A stretch of DNA of 64,000 bases from Gemmatimonadales bacterium (GTDB lineage: Bacteria > Gemmatimonadota > Gemmatimonadetes > Gemmatimonadales > GWC2-71-9): contig DATBLR010000041.1 of NCBI GenBank assembly GCA_036555275.1, positions 1,711 to 65,710 of the forward strand, written 5' to 3'. Below, piece after piece: positions 9,099 through 17,454 of the stretch; position 1 is the stretch's first letter; every line of letters begins with the position of its first letter. The notes beneath the pieces are model-generated. The model was not told where the DNA came from. It saw nothing but the letters and a program-made list of their open reading frames with translations, and made no database searches. The translations under genes were made by a program, and so were the position numbers.

Positions 9099-9572
9099 AT
9101 GTCTCAGATGCGCATCTACCCTCTGCTGACTCTCCCCCTAGCCTGCTTCATCACCTCCGCACAGGCGCAGGTGGTCTCGCAGGACTCGCCCAAGCACTAT
9201 CGCCTGCCACAAGAATTCCTGTTCGCACCGCATGCCGTTGTGGCGGCTCTCCAAGACCGTGGCTGTCAGATCCCGCAGTACGACCGCTCGCCTGCGCCCA
9301 ACAATCTGGTCGCGAGGCATTTCCTTGCGCCTGCCTCGACCGACTGGGCTGCGCTGTGCTCGCGAGCCGGGGTTTCCACACTCCTCGTCCTTCATGGTCC
9401 GACCTGGCACGACCTCGACTCTGTGGCGGCGGCCCCTGATCTCCCAGGCCATGGCATCTTCGTGGCGGCGCCGGAGTGGATCCGGCAACGTGTCGGCTCC
9501 GTTCGGGCTGATTCCCTGGACCCACCCATCACTCACGACGGTGTCGAGACGGAGCCGGCTGCTGCTCCGTGA
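9099..9572 (+). CDS. hypothetical secreted protein
   Basis: ORF 157 aa. Signal peptide MSQMRIYPLLTLPLACFITSAQAQ. Confidence 0.6.
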   Translation: MSQMRIYPLLTLPLACFITSAQAQVVSQDSPKHYRLPQEFLFAPHAVVAALQDRGCQIPQYDRSPAPNNLVARHFLAPASTDWAALCSRAGVSTLLVLHGPTWHDLDSVAAAPDLPGHGIFVAAPEWIRQRVGSVRADSLDPPITHDGVETEPAAAP

Positions 9573-9627
9573 TCCGCTATCACACCTCATCAGGCTGGCG
9601 TGTGTATCCTGGGGCTCAATGATCGCC

Positions 9628-9763
9628 AGCGAACCAGCGCATGCACTTCCCAGGCGCGGCATACCCCGTCGGCCGTGCCAAGCGGCTTTGCGGCGTCGTA
9701 GCAAGGAACGTAAGTTCGTTCAGGTTTGAGCCTGCGCCCGCAAGTGATGCGCGGGCGAGCCGG
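9628..9763 (+). repeat. integron attC site, family 1 (degenerate cores)
   Basis: 5' AGCGAACCAGCGCATGCACTTCCCAGGCGCGGC ... 3' GCCCGCAAGTGATGCGCGGGCGAGCCGG. Confidence 0.6.
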
Positions 9764-9800
9764 GCACAGCAGTCATTGGCATTCCCACTACGAGGCCCAA

Positions 9801-10097
9801 ATGGTCGCCGCAACTCGCACAACCGCCGGCGCTAAGAAGCGGAGACTTGCCGCGAAGAAGGCCGCGGCGAAGACCAAGCGGCGTCGGGCGGCTAAGAAGG
9901 CTGCTCTCACTCGCAAGCGAGGCACTGCTGCTCGGAAAGCGGCCGTCACCCGCAAGCGTCGGGCAGCCGGGAAGAAGGCGGCCCTTACGTCCAACCGTCG
10001 GCGTGCTGGTCGCAAGGCCGCCGCCACTCGACGCGAATCCCTGGAGGCCCAGGTATCGGCCCAAGCAGCGACGGGCATCATCCCGATCGAGCCCTGA
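9801..10097 (+). CDS. histone H1-like / Ala-Lys-Arg repeat basic protein
   Basis: ORF 9726..10097 trimmed to ATG 9801. AKKRRLAAKKAAAKTKRRRAAKKAALTRKRGTAARKAAVTRKRRAAGKKAA repeats. Confidence 0.6.
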   Translation: MVAATRTTAGAKKRRLAAKKAAAKTKRRRAAKKAALTRKRGTAARKAAVTRKRRAAGKKAALTSNRRRAGRKAAATRRESLEAQVSAQAATGIIPIEP

Positions 10098-10118
10098 GAC
10101 GTTGTCCGGTCTGGTGCC

Positions 10119-10243
10119 GGCTAACCAGCGAATGGACCAGCCGGGGCGCAGCCGTCGCCTTGTTAATGGCTGGCACCACCCGCAGCGGCGGGTAGGTTCT
10201 CCGCGACGAGCCGCGCCCCGCAGGTGATGCGCGGGCGTTAGGC
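10119..10243 (+). repeat. integron attC site, family 1
   Basis: GGCTAACCAGCGAATGGACCAGCCGGGGCGCAGCCGTCG ... CGCCCCGCAGGTGATGCGCGGGCGTTAGGC. 125 bp. Confidence 0.85.
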
Positions 10244-10276
10244 AGCAGCCTGGTTCGCATATAAGCCCTTCACGGA

Positions 10277-10729
10277 TTAGCTGTTGCGGCGCTTCCCGGT
10301 CACAGACTGGGGTCCTTGGGAGCCATCCTGCACGCCCTCGAGCTTGCGCTCTACGGTCCCCTCGAGGCTGTCGCCCCTGACGCCCAGCGTCCAGGTGCTC
10401 GTCACCCCGGCCTCGGTCTGCCCCCCGTTCCGTATGATGGTGGCCTTCGTCCGCGACACGAACGTCGCCTTGCCCTCGCCCACCAAGGCTGCGAGGCGTA
10501 ACGGAGGTCGCGCGGGACCCTCCGGCGCCAGGTCAATGATGAGGTTACCTATTAGCGAATCGCCTTGCGCTACGACCGTCAGCACACCCGACGCCGCAAT
10601 GGGCGTCGCAATCCCGTTCTCGAGCCGCACGCCGGCCGGCAAGCTCACCTGCCAGGCCCCCACGAGGGGGTGCTGAGCGACCAGTGGAGACGCACTCAGG
10701 ACAAGTAGCAACGTGATCGCGCGGGTCAT
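10277..10729 (-). CDS. hypothetical secreted protein (lipocalin-like start)
   Basis: ORF 10277..10897 trimmed to ATG 10727-10729. Signal MTRAITLLLVLSASPLVAQ followed by LVGAWQV. Reverse orientation within the array. Confidence 0.6.
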   Translation of the reverse strand: MTRAITLLLVLSASPLVAQHPLVGAWQVSLPAGVRLENGIATPIAASGVLTVVAQGDSLIGNLIIDLAPEGPARPPLRLAALVGEGKATFVSRTKATIIRNGGQTEAGVTSTWTLGVRGDSLEGTVERKLEGVQDGSQGPQSVTGKRRNS

Positions 10730-10907
10730 TGGGGAGGGCTCCGAGGGAACAATGGTCTTGGCTGCCACGTGATAGGTCCGTGGGCTGAGATGCCCGAAGG
10801 CCGCTTGTCGTCGCCAGACTCTCCACGGCTGCGGCCCGCGTCCGGGCCCTACCCGTCCGCCGAGGTCCCCGCCCCAGACTCTGCCAATGCGGAGCAACTA
10901 ACACTTC

Positions 10908-11495
10908 AGACCGGGTACATGGGTGACAGTGCCGCGGTCAGTCATGCAGGATGTACTCCCGTTCATCGAAGCGGGCGAGCAGGACTCGGTTGAAGTAGAC
11001 CGACCAGATCCCATCCCCCACTTCCTCGAGCCCGACGGGCAGCTGGCGCAACGGATTGGCCAGAAACCGCAGTTTGCGCTTGAAGCGAATCGTGCCCGCG
11101 TTGGTCACGCGCTTGACGAGATAGTGGCCGCGGTACTCGATCGGGGGCAGGCGCTCGGGGAACGGCCGTGGCGAGGGGCGGTAGCGCGACGCCGGCGTCC
11201 GACCCCGCAGGGTCTCATGGGGCCGCTCTTCATTGTATTCCTGCCAGAACCGATTGAACGCCCGCTGCTGGACGGCGAGACTCCCGCGGGGCGGGCGGAT
11301 GGCGCCGGCCTTCAGGGTCTTGCGCATCCGCTCATGGGCGCCGTTCTCCTGGAGGCGCGCGGGCCGAATGCGCTGATGCTGAATGCCGAGGTACATCCAC
11401 CTCCAGCCAGGGCAAAGCTCACCTCGAAGAAGGTGACCGAGTCTAGCAGTGTTACCCATGTCCCCGGTCTCTTGTGTTACCTATCTACCCGGTCT
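10908..11495 (-). mobile_element. IS481-like insertion sequence, internally deleted (non-autonomous)
   Basis: Terminal inverted repeats: AGACCGGGTACATGGGTGAC (10908-10927) versus the reverse complement of GTTACCCATGTCCCCGGTCT (11451-11470), 18 of 20 matching. A second tandem copy GTTACCTATCTACCCGGTCT lies at 11476-11495. The element encloses a transposase C-terminal fragment. Confidence 0.7.
10938..11459 (-). pseudogene. DDE transposase (rve integrase-core, IS481-type) C-terminal fragment
   Basis: 173 aa: LGIQHQRIRPARLQENGAHERMRKTLK...FWQEYNEERPHETLRGRTPASRY...VGLEEVGDGIWSVYF. The N-terminal HTH and the first part of the catalytic core are absent. The apparent ATG lies inside the inverted repeat. 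Confidence 0.75.
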
Positions 11496-11507
11496 GTACC
11501 GGCGGAC

Positions 11508-11635
11508 ACCTAACTACCGCATCAACCTGCCAGGCCGTGGCCCTCGGTTTTCTACAAGCCGGCACAACCGGGGGGTGCACAGGCCAGGCTTGCCGTGCTC
11601 ACCGCCGCCCTCCAGCTTATGCGGGACCGTTAGGT
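11508..11635 (+). repeat. integron attC site, family 2
   Basis: ACCTAACTACCGCATCAACCTGCCAGGCCGTGGCC ... GGCTTGCCGTGCTCACCGCCGCCCTCCAGCTTATGCGGGACCGTTAGGT. 128 bp. Confidence 0.85.
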
Positions 11636-11666
11636 CGCCACCCCACTCACACGCCAGACTCCGCCA

Positions 11667-12218
11667 ATGCCCCTTCCTGACCCAGAGCTCTGGCCCCGCA
11701 AGCCGCTCGATGGAATAACGCCCCTACTCCAGCCCGTGGCTCATGTCTTGAGTCACGCGAAGAGGGAACTCCCCAGGGTCCTCGCCGACCTGTCCGCCGA
11801 CGAGCTTTGGTCTGAACCAGCTGGCGTGCCCTCGCTTGGCTTTCAGCTGGCGCACTTGGCCGGGAATATCGACCGCCTCTTCACGCATGCTCGCGGCGAG
11901 CCCCTTACTCTGCTTCAACGTGCACAGCTGGCCCAGGAAGGCGCGGCGTCCAGTCTGCGCCCTCCACTGGCCGACCTCCTCGGCCGCCTGGACGTGATCC
12001 TCGACAACTCCTTGACTCAGCTCCAGGAACTACACCCAGAGCGCCTGCTTGAGACACGCGACATCGGAACGGGCGACGCCTATCCGACGGTGTTCGATCT
12101 CCTCTCGAGCGCGGCTGAACATACCAGTCGCCACCTCGGCCAAATCGCGACCACTGCACAGGTGCTCCGAGATCTCGGCGCCAAGCGACGAAGCCCAGGC
12201 GGCCAAAGCACCGCATGA
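11667..12218 (+). CDS. DinB family protein
   Basis: ORF 183 aa. LQPVAHVL...GFQLAHLAGNIDRLFTHARGE...AAEHTSRHLGQI pattern. Paralogue of 43150..43671. Confidence 0.8.
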   Translation: MPLPDPELWPRKPLDGITPLLQPVAHVLSHAKRELPRVLADLSADELWSEPAGVPSLGFQLAHLAGNIDRLFTHARGEPLTLLQRAQLAQEGAASSLRPPLADLLGRLDVILDNSLTQLQELHPERLLETRDIGTGDAYPTVFDLLSSAAEHTSRHLGQIATTAQVLRDLGAKRRSPGGQSTA

Positions 12219-12301
12219 AGCTGCCAGGCTACGGCCGTCTGAATGTGGCTGGGCTGGCATTCACGCGCCGGGCCCTGCACCTTAATGCGGGGACGTTAGG
12301 C
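12202..12301 (+). repeat. integron attC site, family 2
   Basis: GCCAAAGCACCGCATGAAGCTGCCAGGCTACGGCCGTCTG ... CCTTAATGCGGGGACGTTAGGC. The ORF's TGA stop lies inside the left arm. Confidence 0.75.
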
Positions 12302-12407
12302 CGCAGCACCAAGGCTTTGTCGTAAGCGCCCCGCAAGGGATCGCGGACCACCATCACCCACGGGGTAAGCGGCCAGACGTATCGAAGGGACCGTTTGGAG
12401 CCTCCCC

Positions 12408-13988
12408 ATGCACGAGCACGTCACTCTCGAGCGCCCCGACGCGCGTGACCCGACCGCTCGCGGCATCTCGTCGGGATTCCCGACCGATCTCCTCAGCCAG
12501 TCTGCCGCCCGCCTCCGCATCCTCGCCCTCCTGTACGCGTTCGTCTTCTTCATGGCCGGGATCTTCCCGGCGCTGCTGTTCCCGGGCGATCGGGCCCGAT
12601 TCCTCGGGAGCTTCGTGCAGTGGGGTCCCAGCGTGATCGGGATCGTGGCAGCGTTGCTCGTCGCGGCGGCGATCCGGAACGTGCGTCTTCCGCTTCCCAC
12701 GGCGATGAACATCGGCCTGGCATTCGAGATCGCCAGTAGCTACGCCATCGCCGCGGCCGAGTTCGCCGATCCGCTGGGACTCGAGATGCACCGTGGCATG
12801 ATTGGGCTCTCGTGGGTCGCCGTATGGATCGTGCTGTTCACGGTCGTCGTGCCGACCTCGCCTCGCCGGGCGCTGGTGGCCGCCCTGGCATCGGTCAGCT
12901 CGGTCCCCGTCGTCATCGGGCTCATGATCGCGTCCGGCGCCACCTCATTCAGGCTAGACCCGGCACAGTTCTTCTTCGGGCTCGTGTTCCCTTACCTCCT
13001 CGTGGTGGGCATGGCCTATGTGGGTGCCCGCGTGGTCTACCACCTGGGCACCGAGGTCAAGCGCGCGCGCGAGCTGGGCAGCTACCGCCTGGAGGAGCGA
13101 TTGGGGCGGGGCGGCATGGGAGAGGTCTGGCGGGCACGGCATCGCATGCTGATTCGTCCCGCCGCGATCAAAGTCATTCGGCCCGCTCTCGCAGGAGGTT
13201 CACCCTCCGCATCGGAAGAGGCGGTGCGCCGCTTCGAGCGGGAAGCACAGACGATTGCCCGCCTCCGGTCGCCCCACACAGTCGAGCTCTATGATTTCGG
13301 GATCGCCGCTGACGGCGCCTTTTACTACGTCATGGAACTGCTCGATGGCCTCGATGCGGATGCGCTGGTGCGGCGGTTCGGGCCGATTCCCGCTGGGCGG
13401 GCGATCTATCTATTGCAGCAGGTCTGTCATTCCCTCTCGGAGGCGGAGTCCCAGCGCCTGGTCCATCGCGACATCAAGCCAGCGAACATCTTCCTCTGCC
13501 GGTATGGGGAGGATTGCGACTTCGTCAAGGTATTGGATTTCGGCCTGGCGAAGGCCATCGGCACTTCGGATGCGACTGCGGAGCCACCACTCACCGGCGA
13601 GAACATAGTCCCCGGCACCCCAGCCTTCATGGCCCCGGAGCAGGCGCTTGGCAAGGGGGACCTCGATGGCCGGGCCGACATTTACGCCACCGGCTGCGTG
13701 GCGTACTGGTTGCTGAGCGGGCACCTTGTGTTCACCGCCGACACCCCGATGGAGCTGCTCCTCCACCACGCACGGACCCCACCGACGCCTGTATCGGCCC
13801 GCACCGAACTGCCAATCTCCCCGGCCCTCGACCGGGTTGTCCTGTCGTGCTTGGCAAAGGACCCCGCAAATCGACCACAGTCCGCACATGATCTGTCGCG
13901 CCAGCTCGCAGAGATCGATGGTGCGGACGACTGGACCCAGCATCAGGCGCGAGAGTGGTGGGCTACGCACTATCCGATGCGGTCGTAA
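12408..13988 (+). CDS. membrane-anchored Ser/Thr protein kinase
   Basis: ORF 526 aa with GGAG upstream. About 220 aa of polytopic hydrophobic N-terminus, then kinase motifs GRGGMGEVW, AIK, HRDIKPANIF, DFGLAK, GTPAFMAPE. Confidence 0.9.
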   Translation: MHEHVTLERPDARDPTARGISSGFPTDLLSQSAARLRILALLYAFVFFMAGIFPALLFPGDRARFLGSFVQWGPSVIGIVAALLVAAAIRNVRLPLPTAMNIGLAFEIASSYAIAAAEFADPLGLEMHRGMIGLSWVAVWIVLFTVVVPTSPRRALVAALASVSSVPVVIGLMIASGATSFRLDPAQFFFGLVFPYLLVVGMAYVGARVVYHLGTEVKRARELGSYRLEERLGRGGMGEVWRARHRMLIRPAAIKVIRPALAGGSPSASEEAVRRFEREAQTIARLRSPHTVELYDFGIAADGAFYYVMELLDGLDADALVRRFGPIPAGRAIYLLQQVCHSLSEAESQRLVHRDIKPANIFLCRYGEDCDFVKVLDFGLAKAIGTSDATAEPPLTGENIVPGTPAFMAPEQALGKGDLDGRADIYATGCVAYWLLSGHLVFTADTPMELLLHHARTPPTPVSARTELPISPALDRVVLSCLAKDPANRPQSAHDLSRQLAEIDGADDWTQHQAREWWATHYPMRS

Positions 13989-14247
13989 CCGTGCGCCGGT
14001 GGCGGAGTTCAACCGGGCCCTCGCGCGCGTGAAGTCCGGAAGCCTCCCCTTCTCGCGAGATGCCATCACTCCGGAACACCGAACCTCAAGGAAGGGGACG
14101 CCCCGCAGGTGCAAGGCACCAATGCCAAAGCGGCCTTGTATGGTGGAGCTGAGCCGTTGAAGTAGCTTGGGAGTGCGGCAGACCGATCGGCCCGGCGCTG
14201 GCGCGCCCGCCGAGGCTGCGCCCGCAGCTCATGCGCGGGCGTTTAGA
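13984..14247 (+). repeat. composite / rearranged attC region
   Basis: CGTAACCGTGCGCC at the kinase stop. A family-1 right arm starts at GACGCCCCGCAGGTG (14098) but breaks off. A second complete right arm CTGCGCCCGCAGCTCATGCGCGGGCGTTTAGA ends at 14247. Confidence 0.4.
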
Positions 14248-14266
14248 CGTCTTCAGAGATCATCCA

Positions 14267-14728
14267 ATGGCAACTCCGGCCGCACGCTCGCTCTGGACCT
14301 GCCCCAAGTGTCGGCACCGCTTCGTCACCAAGAATCTCTGGCATTCCTGCGTCCGCGTCCCGCTCCGCTCCCATTTCCGCGGTCGCGCAGCCGCCCTGTA
14401 CCCCACCTATCGCGCCTGGGCGGCGCTGGCTCGGGCCTGCGGACCCGTCACCATCTATGCTCAGAAGACGCGGATTGTCTTCCAGGCCCGCGTGCGGTTC
14501 GCCGGCGCCGTCGTCCGCGCGGGGTACCTGGATGCCGGCTTATGGCTCCGGCGGCGCGTCCATCATCCGCGCCTCCGCCGGACCGAGTCCTTTGGTTCCC
14601 TCGGCTACGGACTGCACTTCCGGCTCACCCAACCCAGCGATATCGATGGCGCCTTGGGCCAGTTGATGCGGGAGGCGTACGGGCTGGCCCGCAGCGGACT
14701 GCCTACCGCTCGGCGCAAGGACGTGTAG
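14267..14728 (+). CDS. hypothetical protein (DUF5655-like by recollection; N-terminal CxxC...HxC)
   Basis: ORF 14231..14728 trimmed to ATG 14267. MATPAARSLWTCPKCRHRFVTKNLWHSC. TAG stop lies inside GTGTAGC of the next attC. Confidence 0.6.
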   Translation: MATPAARSLWTCPKCRHRFVTKNLWHSCVRVPLRSHFRGRAAALYPTYRAWAALARACGPVTIYAQKTRIVFQARVRFAGAVVRAGYLDAGLWLRRRVHHPRLRRTESFGSLGYGLHFRLTQPSDIDGALGQLMREAYGLARSGLPTARRKDV

Positions 14729-14848
14729 CCAGCGCATGGACCAGACGGGGCGCGGCCGCCGGGTTGCCCGGCTCTGGCAGGACTGAACGTCTCGGCATAT
14801 GGTTCCCAGACCGCGCCGCGCCCCGCGGGTCATGCGCGGACGTTGGGT
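14723..14848 (+). repeat. integron attC site, family 1
   Basis: GTGTAGCCAGCGCATGGACCAGACGGGGCGCGGCCGCCGGG ... CGCCCCGCGGGTCATGCGCGGACGTTGGGT. 126 bp. Confidence 0.8.
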
Positions 14849-15148
14849 GGCACGTACCCAGGGGCATTTACGATCGACGACCCTTCAGACCAGTCACGTG
14901 CGCAACGAGACTACCGCGGGCTCATCATTCTGGCGGTGCTGGGCGGGCTTGAGGTGGCGATTCTCTATGCCCTGATCGCGCTCGAGACTCCGTTGACGCC
15001 GCTAGTGCACCGCTTGTTGGAGAGTGCCCTGGGTGTCTTCCTGCTCGTGATTTGGGTAACGGGTCTCCTCAGTGCTGGCATGTGGGGGTTTGCGTCCTGG
15101 GCGGAGTGGTACCACAAGAAGCAAACAGGGAGCGCGCGGCCACGGTGA
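14843..15148 (+). CDS. small membrane protein
   Basis: ORF 101 aa. The only in-frame start is TTG 14843, inside GTTGGGT. Two hydrophobic helices (LIILAVLGGLEVAILYALIAL, GVFLLVIWVTGLLSAGMWGF). Confidence 0.45.
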   Translation: MGGTYPGAFTIDDPSDQSRAQRDYRGLIILAVLGGLEVAILYALIALETPLTPLVHRLLESALGVFLLVIWVTGLLSAGMWGFASWAEWYHKKQTGSARPR

Positions 15149-15324
15149 GGTCGACCGGTGGCTGGCTCGATCTGCACAAGCGGAAGCGCGTTGCGCCGAC
15201 CGACTTGCTCGCGGTCTTTCAACAGGTTCCCCGCGCCCCCGCCTTTGTCGAACTGCCTCTTCTCCGCGGCAGCCCGGAGGCGGCGGCTCAAGGTCCTGCG
15301 GCGCGCGGCCGCGGCGCGGTCTAA
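15145..15324 (+). CDS. possible 59-aa ORF translationally coupled to the preceding gene
   Basis: GTG 15145 overlaps TGA 15146-15148 (GTGA). Its TAA stop lies inside GTCTAAC (15319-15325). No family recognised. Confidence 0.25.
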   Translation: MRSTGGWLDLHKRKRVAPTDLLAVFQQVPRAPAFVELPLLRGSPEAAAQGPAARGRGAV

Positions 15325-15365
15325 CCAGCGCACGAAGCTCTCGGCGTTCCCGCTGGCGGTTGCCA
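15319..15365 (+). repeat. very short attC-like site
   Basis: GTCTAAC CAGCG cacgaagctctcggcgttcc CGCTG gcg GTTGCCA. AACCAGCG and CGCTGGCGGTT are complementary. Confidence 0.4.
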
Positions 15366-15368
15366 CCC

Positions 15369-15896
15369 ATGTCAAGATCCTCTGCCAGGCGACCGCCCTC
15401 CACCCCCATCGCCCTTCACCCCTCTTTCCTGGCCGACGCCATGCTGGAGCGATTGGCGCGCTGGCTTCGCGTCCTCGGCTACGACGTCCTGTCCGCAAAC
15501 CTTGCCGGTCCAGAAGCTGAGGCCCTCTTGGCCAAGGCCGCCTCCCAGGGCCGCATTATTCTCACTCGCAACCGCCAGCTCGCCGTGCCCGGGCTCGAGG
15601 GCGACATTCTCTTCGTCGATGCCTCCTCTCCCCTCCATCAGCTCTCCCACGTCCTGGCCCAGCTCCATCTTCACGGCCCGTGGAGGCTCTTCACCCGGTG
15701 CCTGATCTGTAACGCTGCCCTCCTTCCGGCTCCGACGTCTCCGCCGACCTCGGGCTCCCCTGCGTCCCCCTTAGACACCGCCCCGCGCCATTGTCCTCAT
15801 TGTGGGCGCCAGTACTGGGAAGGGGTCCACACTCGGCGCATGAGGGCCGCCCTGAAACGAGCGCTCGGCCCTGGTTTTGCCGAACTCGCCGGCTGA
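15369..15896 (+). CDS. Mut7-C RNase domain protein (DUF82, PIN-like plus zinc ribbon)
   Basis: ORF 15072..15896 trimmed to ATG 15369. FLADAMLERLARWLRVLGYD, RIILTRNRQL, RCLICN...CPHCGRQYWEGVHTRRM. Confidence 0.75.
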   Translation: MSRSSARRPPSTPIALHPSFLADAMLERLARWLRVLGYDVLSANLAGPEAEALLAKAASQGRIILTRNRQLAVPGLEGDILFVDASSPLHQLSHVLAQLHLHGPWRLFTRCLICNAALLPAPTSPPTSGSPASPLDTAPRHCPHCGRQYWEGVHTRRMRAALKRALGPGFAELAG

Positions 15897-16018
15897 CCAC
15901 CGCCCGAAGCTAGCAGGGCGCGGCCGTCCGGTCGTCTGTAACAGAGACGGACGGATGGTGCTCGGGCCGAGCTTGCCGTGCTCGCCGGCACGCCACAGCT
16001 TAGGCGGGATCGGTATGT
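15891..16018 (+). repeat. integron attC site, family 2 (degenerate cores)
   Basis: GGCTGACCACCGCCCGAAGCTAGCAGGGCGCGGCCGTCC ... GAGCTTGCCGTGCTCGCCGGCACGCCACAGCTTAGGCGGGATCGGTATGT. TGA stop lies in GGCTGAC. Confidence 0.65.
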
Positions 16019-16069
16019 GGCCCACCGCGTGCTAATCGTGTCCTCCGATCAGCCAGAGAGGGATCTCTG

Positions 16070-16714
16070 TTGAGACTCCGGGTCCACAGTTTCTCGGTCT
16101 CCATCGACGGCTACGGTGCCGGGCCGAACCAGGATCTTCAGAATCCGCTTGGCGTCGGAGGTCCCAGGTTGATGGAGTGGTTCTTCCACACACGTACGTG
16201 GCAACAGATGCACGGCACTACAGACGGCGAGACGGGCGTCGACGAAGATGTTGCGGCGCAAGGCTTCGCCGGGATCGGCGCGTGGATCCTTGGGCGCAAT
16301 ATGTTCGGCCCGATCCGGGGGCCGTGGCCCGATGATAGCTGGAAAGGATGGTGGGGTGACGAGCCGCCATATCACACGCCCGTTTTCGTGCTTACCCACC
16401 ACGCGCGGCCCCCCCTGAGAATGGCAGGCGGCACGGAGTTTCGGTTCGTCACCGATGGTATCCACGCCGCACTGAAGCAAGCGAAGGCTGCCGCCGGCGG
16501 CCGAGACATCCGCCTGGGGGGCGGCGTATCCACGATTCGACAGTACTTGCGGGCCGCACTTATTGACGAGCTGCACCTGGCAATCGCACCAGTCCTGCTG
16601 GGTGCTGGGGAACATCTGCTGGCCGGCATCAATCTGCGCGAGCTGGGTTACGACTGTGCTGGGCACGTCGCGGGCACTCGCGCCACTCATGTCATCTTGC
16701 GCAAGCTTGGATGA
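16070..16714 (+). CDS. dihydrofolate reductase family protein (RibD C-terminal domain)
   Basis: ORF 214 aa with TTG start. SIDGYGAGPNQ...ILGRNMF...VFVLTHH...LGGGVSTIRQYL...DELHLAIAPVLLGAG. Confidence 0.8.
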   Translation: MRLRVHSFSVSIDGYGAGPNQDLQNPLGVGGPRLMEWFFHTRTWQQMHGTTDGETGVDEDVAAQGFAGIGAWILGRNMFGPIRGPWPDDSWKGWWGDEPPYHTPVFVLTHHARPPLRMAGGTEFRFVTDGIHAALKQAKAAAGGRDIRLGGGVSTIRQYLRAALIDELHLAIAPVLLGAGEHLLAGINLRELGYDCAGHVAGTRATHVILRKLG

Positions 16715-16799
16715 CTTTCACCTCCAGATTGCCAGTGGGATCCGCTGGGCCAGCCAACTGCGCGTTGAAGCTGCCGGACGCGGACCTTCAGGAGGGAGA

Positions 16800-17180
16800 A
16801 TGAGGCGCAAAGTCGGTGGAGTCGGCAGCGAGGGGAAGAGCGGAACGGTAGGGTTGCCCTTCCTTCGCTTCTACCATTCAAAGGCTCTTCGCACGAAGAC
16901 CCTTTCAGTGCTCCATGCACTGGAAACGGCAGACGACGCGACCAGTCAGAAAGAGGCACTGGCAGAGCTGGTTCTCGAGCTGAGCGAGGCCGGTCTCGCC
17001 TACTACTTCCTCAAACCGGTTCGGGCCGCGAAGGTCGGCTTCATGGCTGAGCAATCCACCACGTTGGGCCTTAACGGCATTCTGCAGGTCATGGGTCCGG
17101 TTGCCCGGCGCGTCATCGGTGGGATGGCCCCACACCAGCTTCTGGCGGTCAGCAAGCATATTCGTCACCTCATGGAGTGA
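16800..17180 (+). CDS. hypothetical protein
   Basis: ORF 16563..17180 trimmed to ATG 16800, preceded by GGAGGGAGA. 126 aa. No family recognised. Confidence 0.5.
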   Translation: MRRKVGGVGSEGKSGTVGLPFLRFYHSKALRTKTLSVLHALETADDATSQKEALAELVLELSEAGLAYYFLKPVRAAKVGFMAEQSTTLGLNGILQVMGPVARRVIGGMAPHQLLAVSKHIRHLME

Positions 17181-17184
17181 CCCT

Positions 17185-17454
17185 AGGCAAGCCACATATC
17201 CCGACCTCACGCTAGAGGTAATACGACAAATCGCGGAAGGTGACTTGGTGGTCTCGCAAGTCACCATGCGCGGCACCCACAAACGCGAATGGCTGGGTAT
17301 CGCACCCACGGGAAAGGCCGTCGCCGTCACCGCCCTCAATATCGACCGGGTCGTGAATGGCCGGATTGTCGAGCATGGAAGAGCGGCCAATCTCTTGGAA
17401 CCGCTGTTGCAGATTGAGGCCATTCGTGTTGGGGGAGAACGGTCATCTGCATGA
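17185..17454 (+). pseudogene. SnoaL-like ester cyclase, C-terminal fragment
   Basis: YPDLTLEVIRQIAEGDLVVSQVTMRGTHKREWLGIAPTGKAVAVTALNIDRVVNGRIVEH matches the C-terminal two thirds of the family. No N-terminus or start codon is present. Confidence 0.6.
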
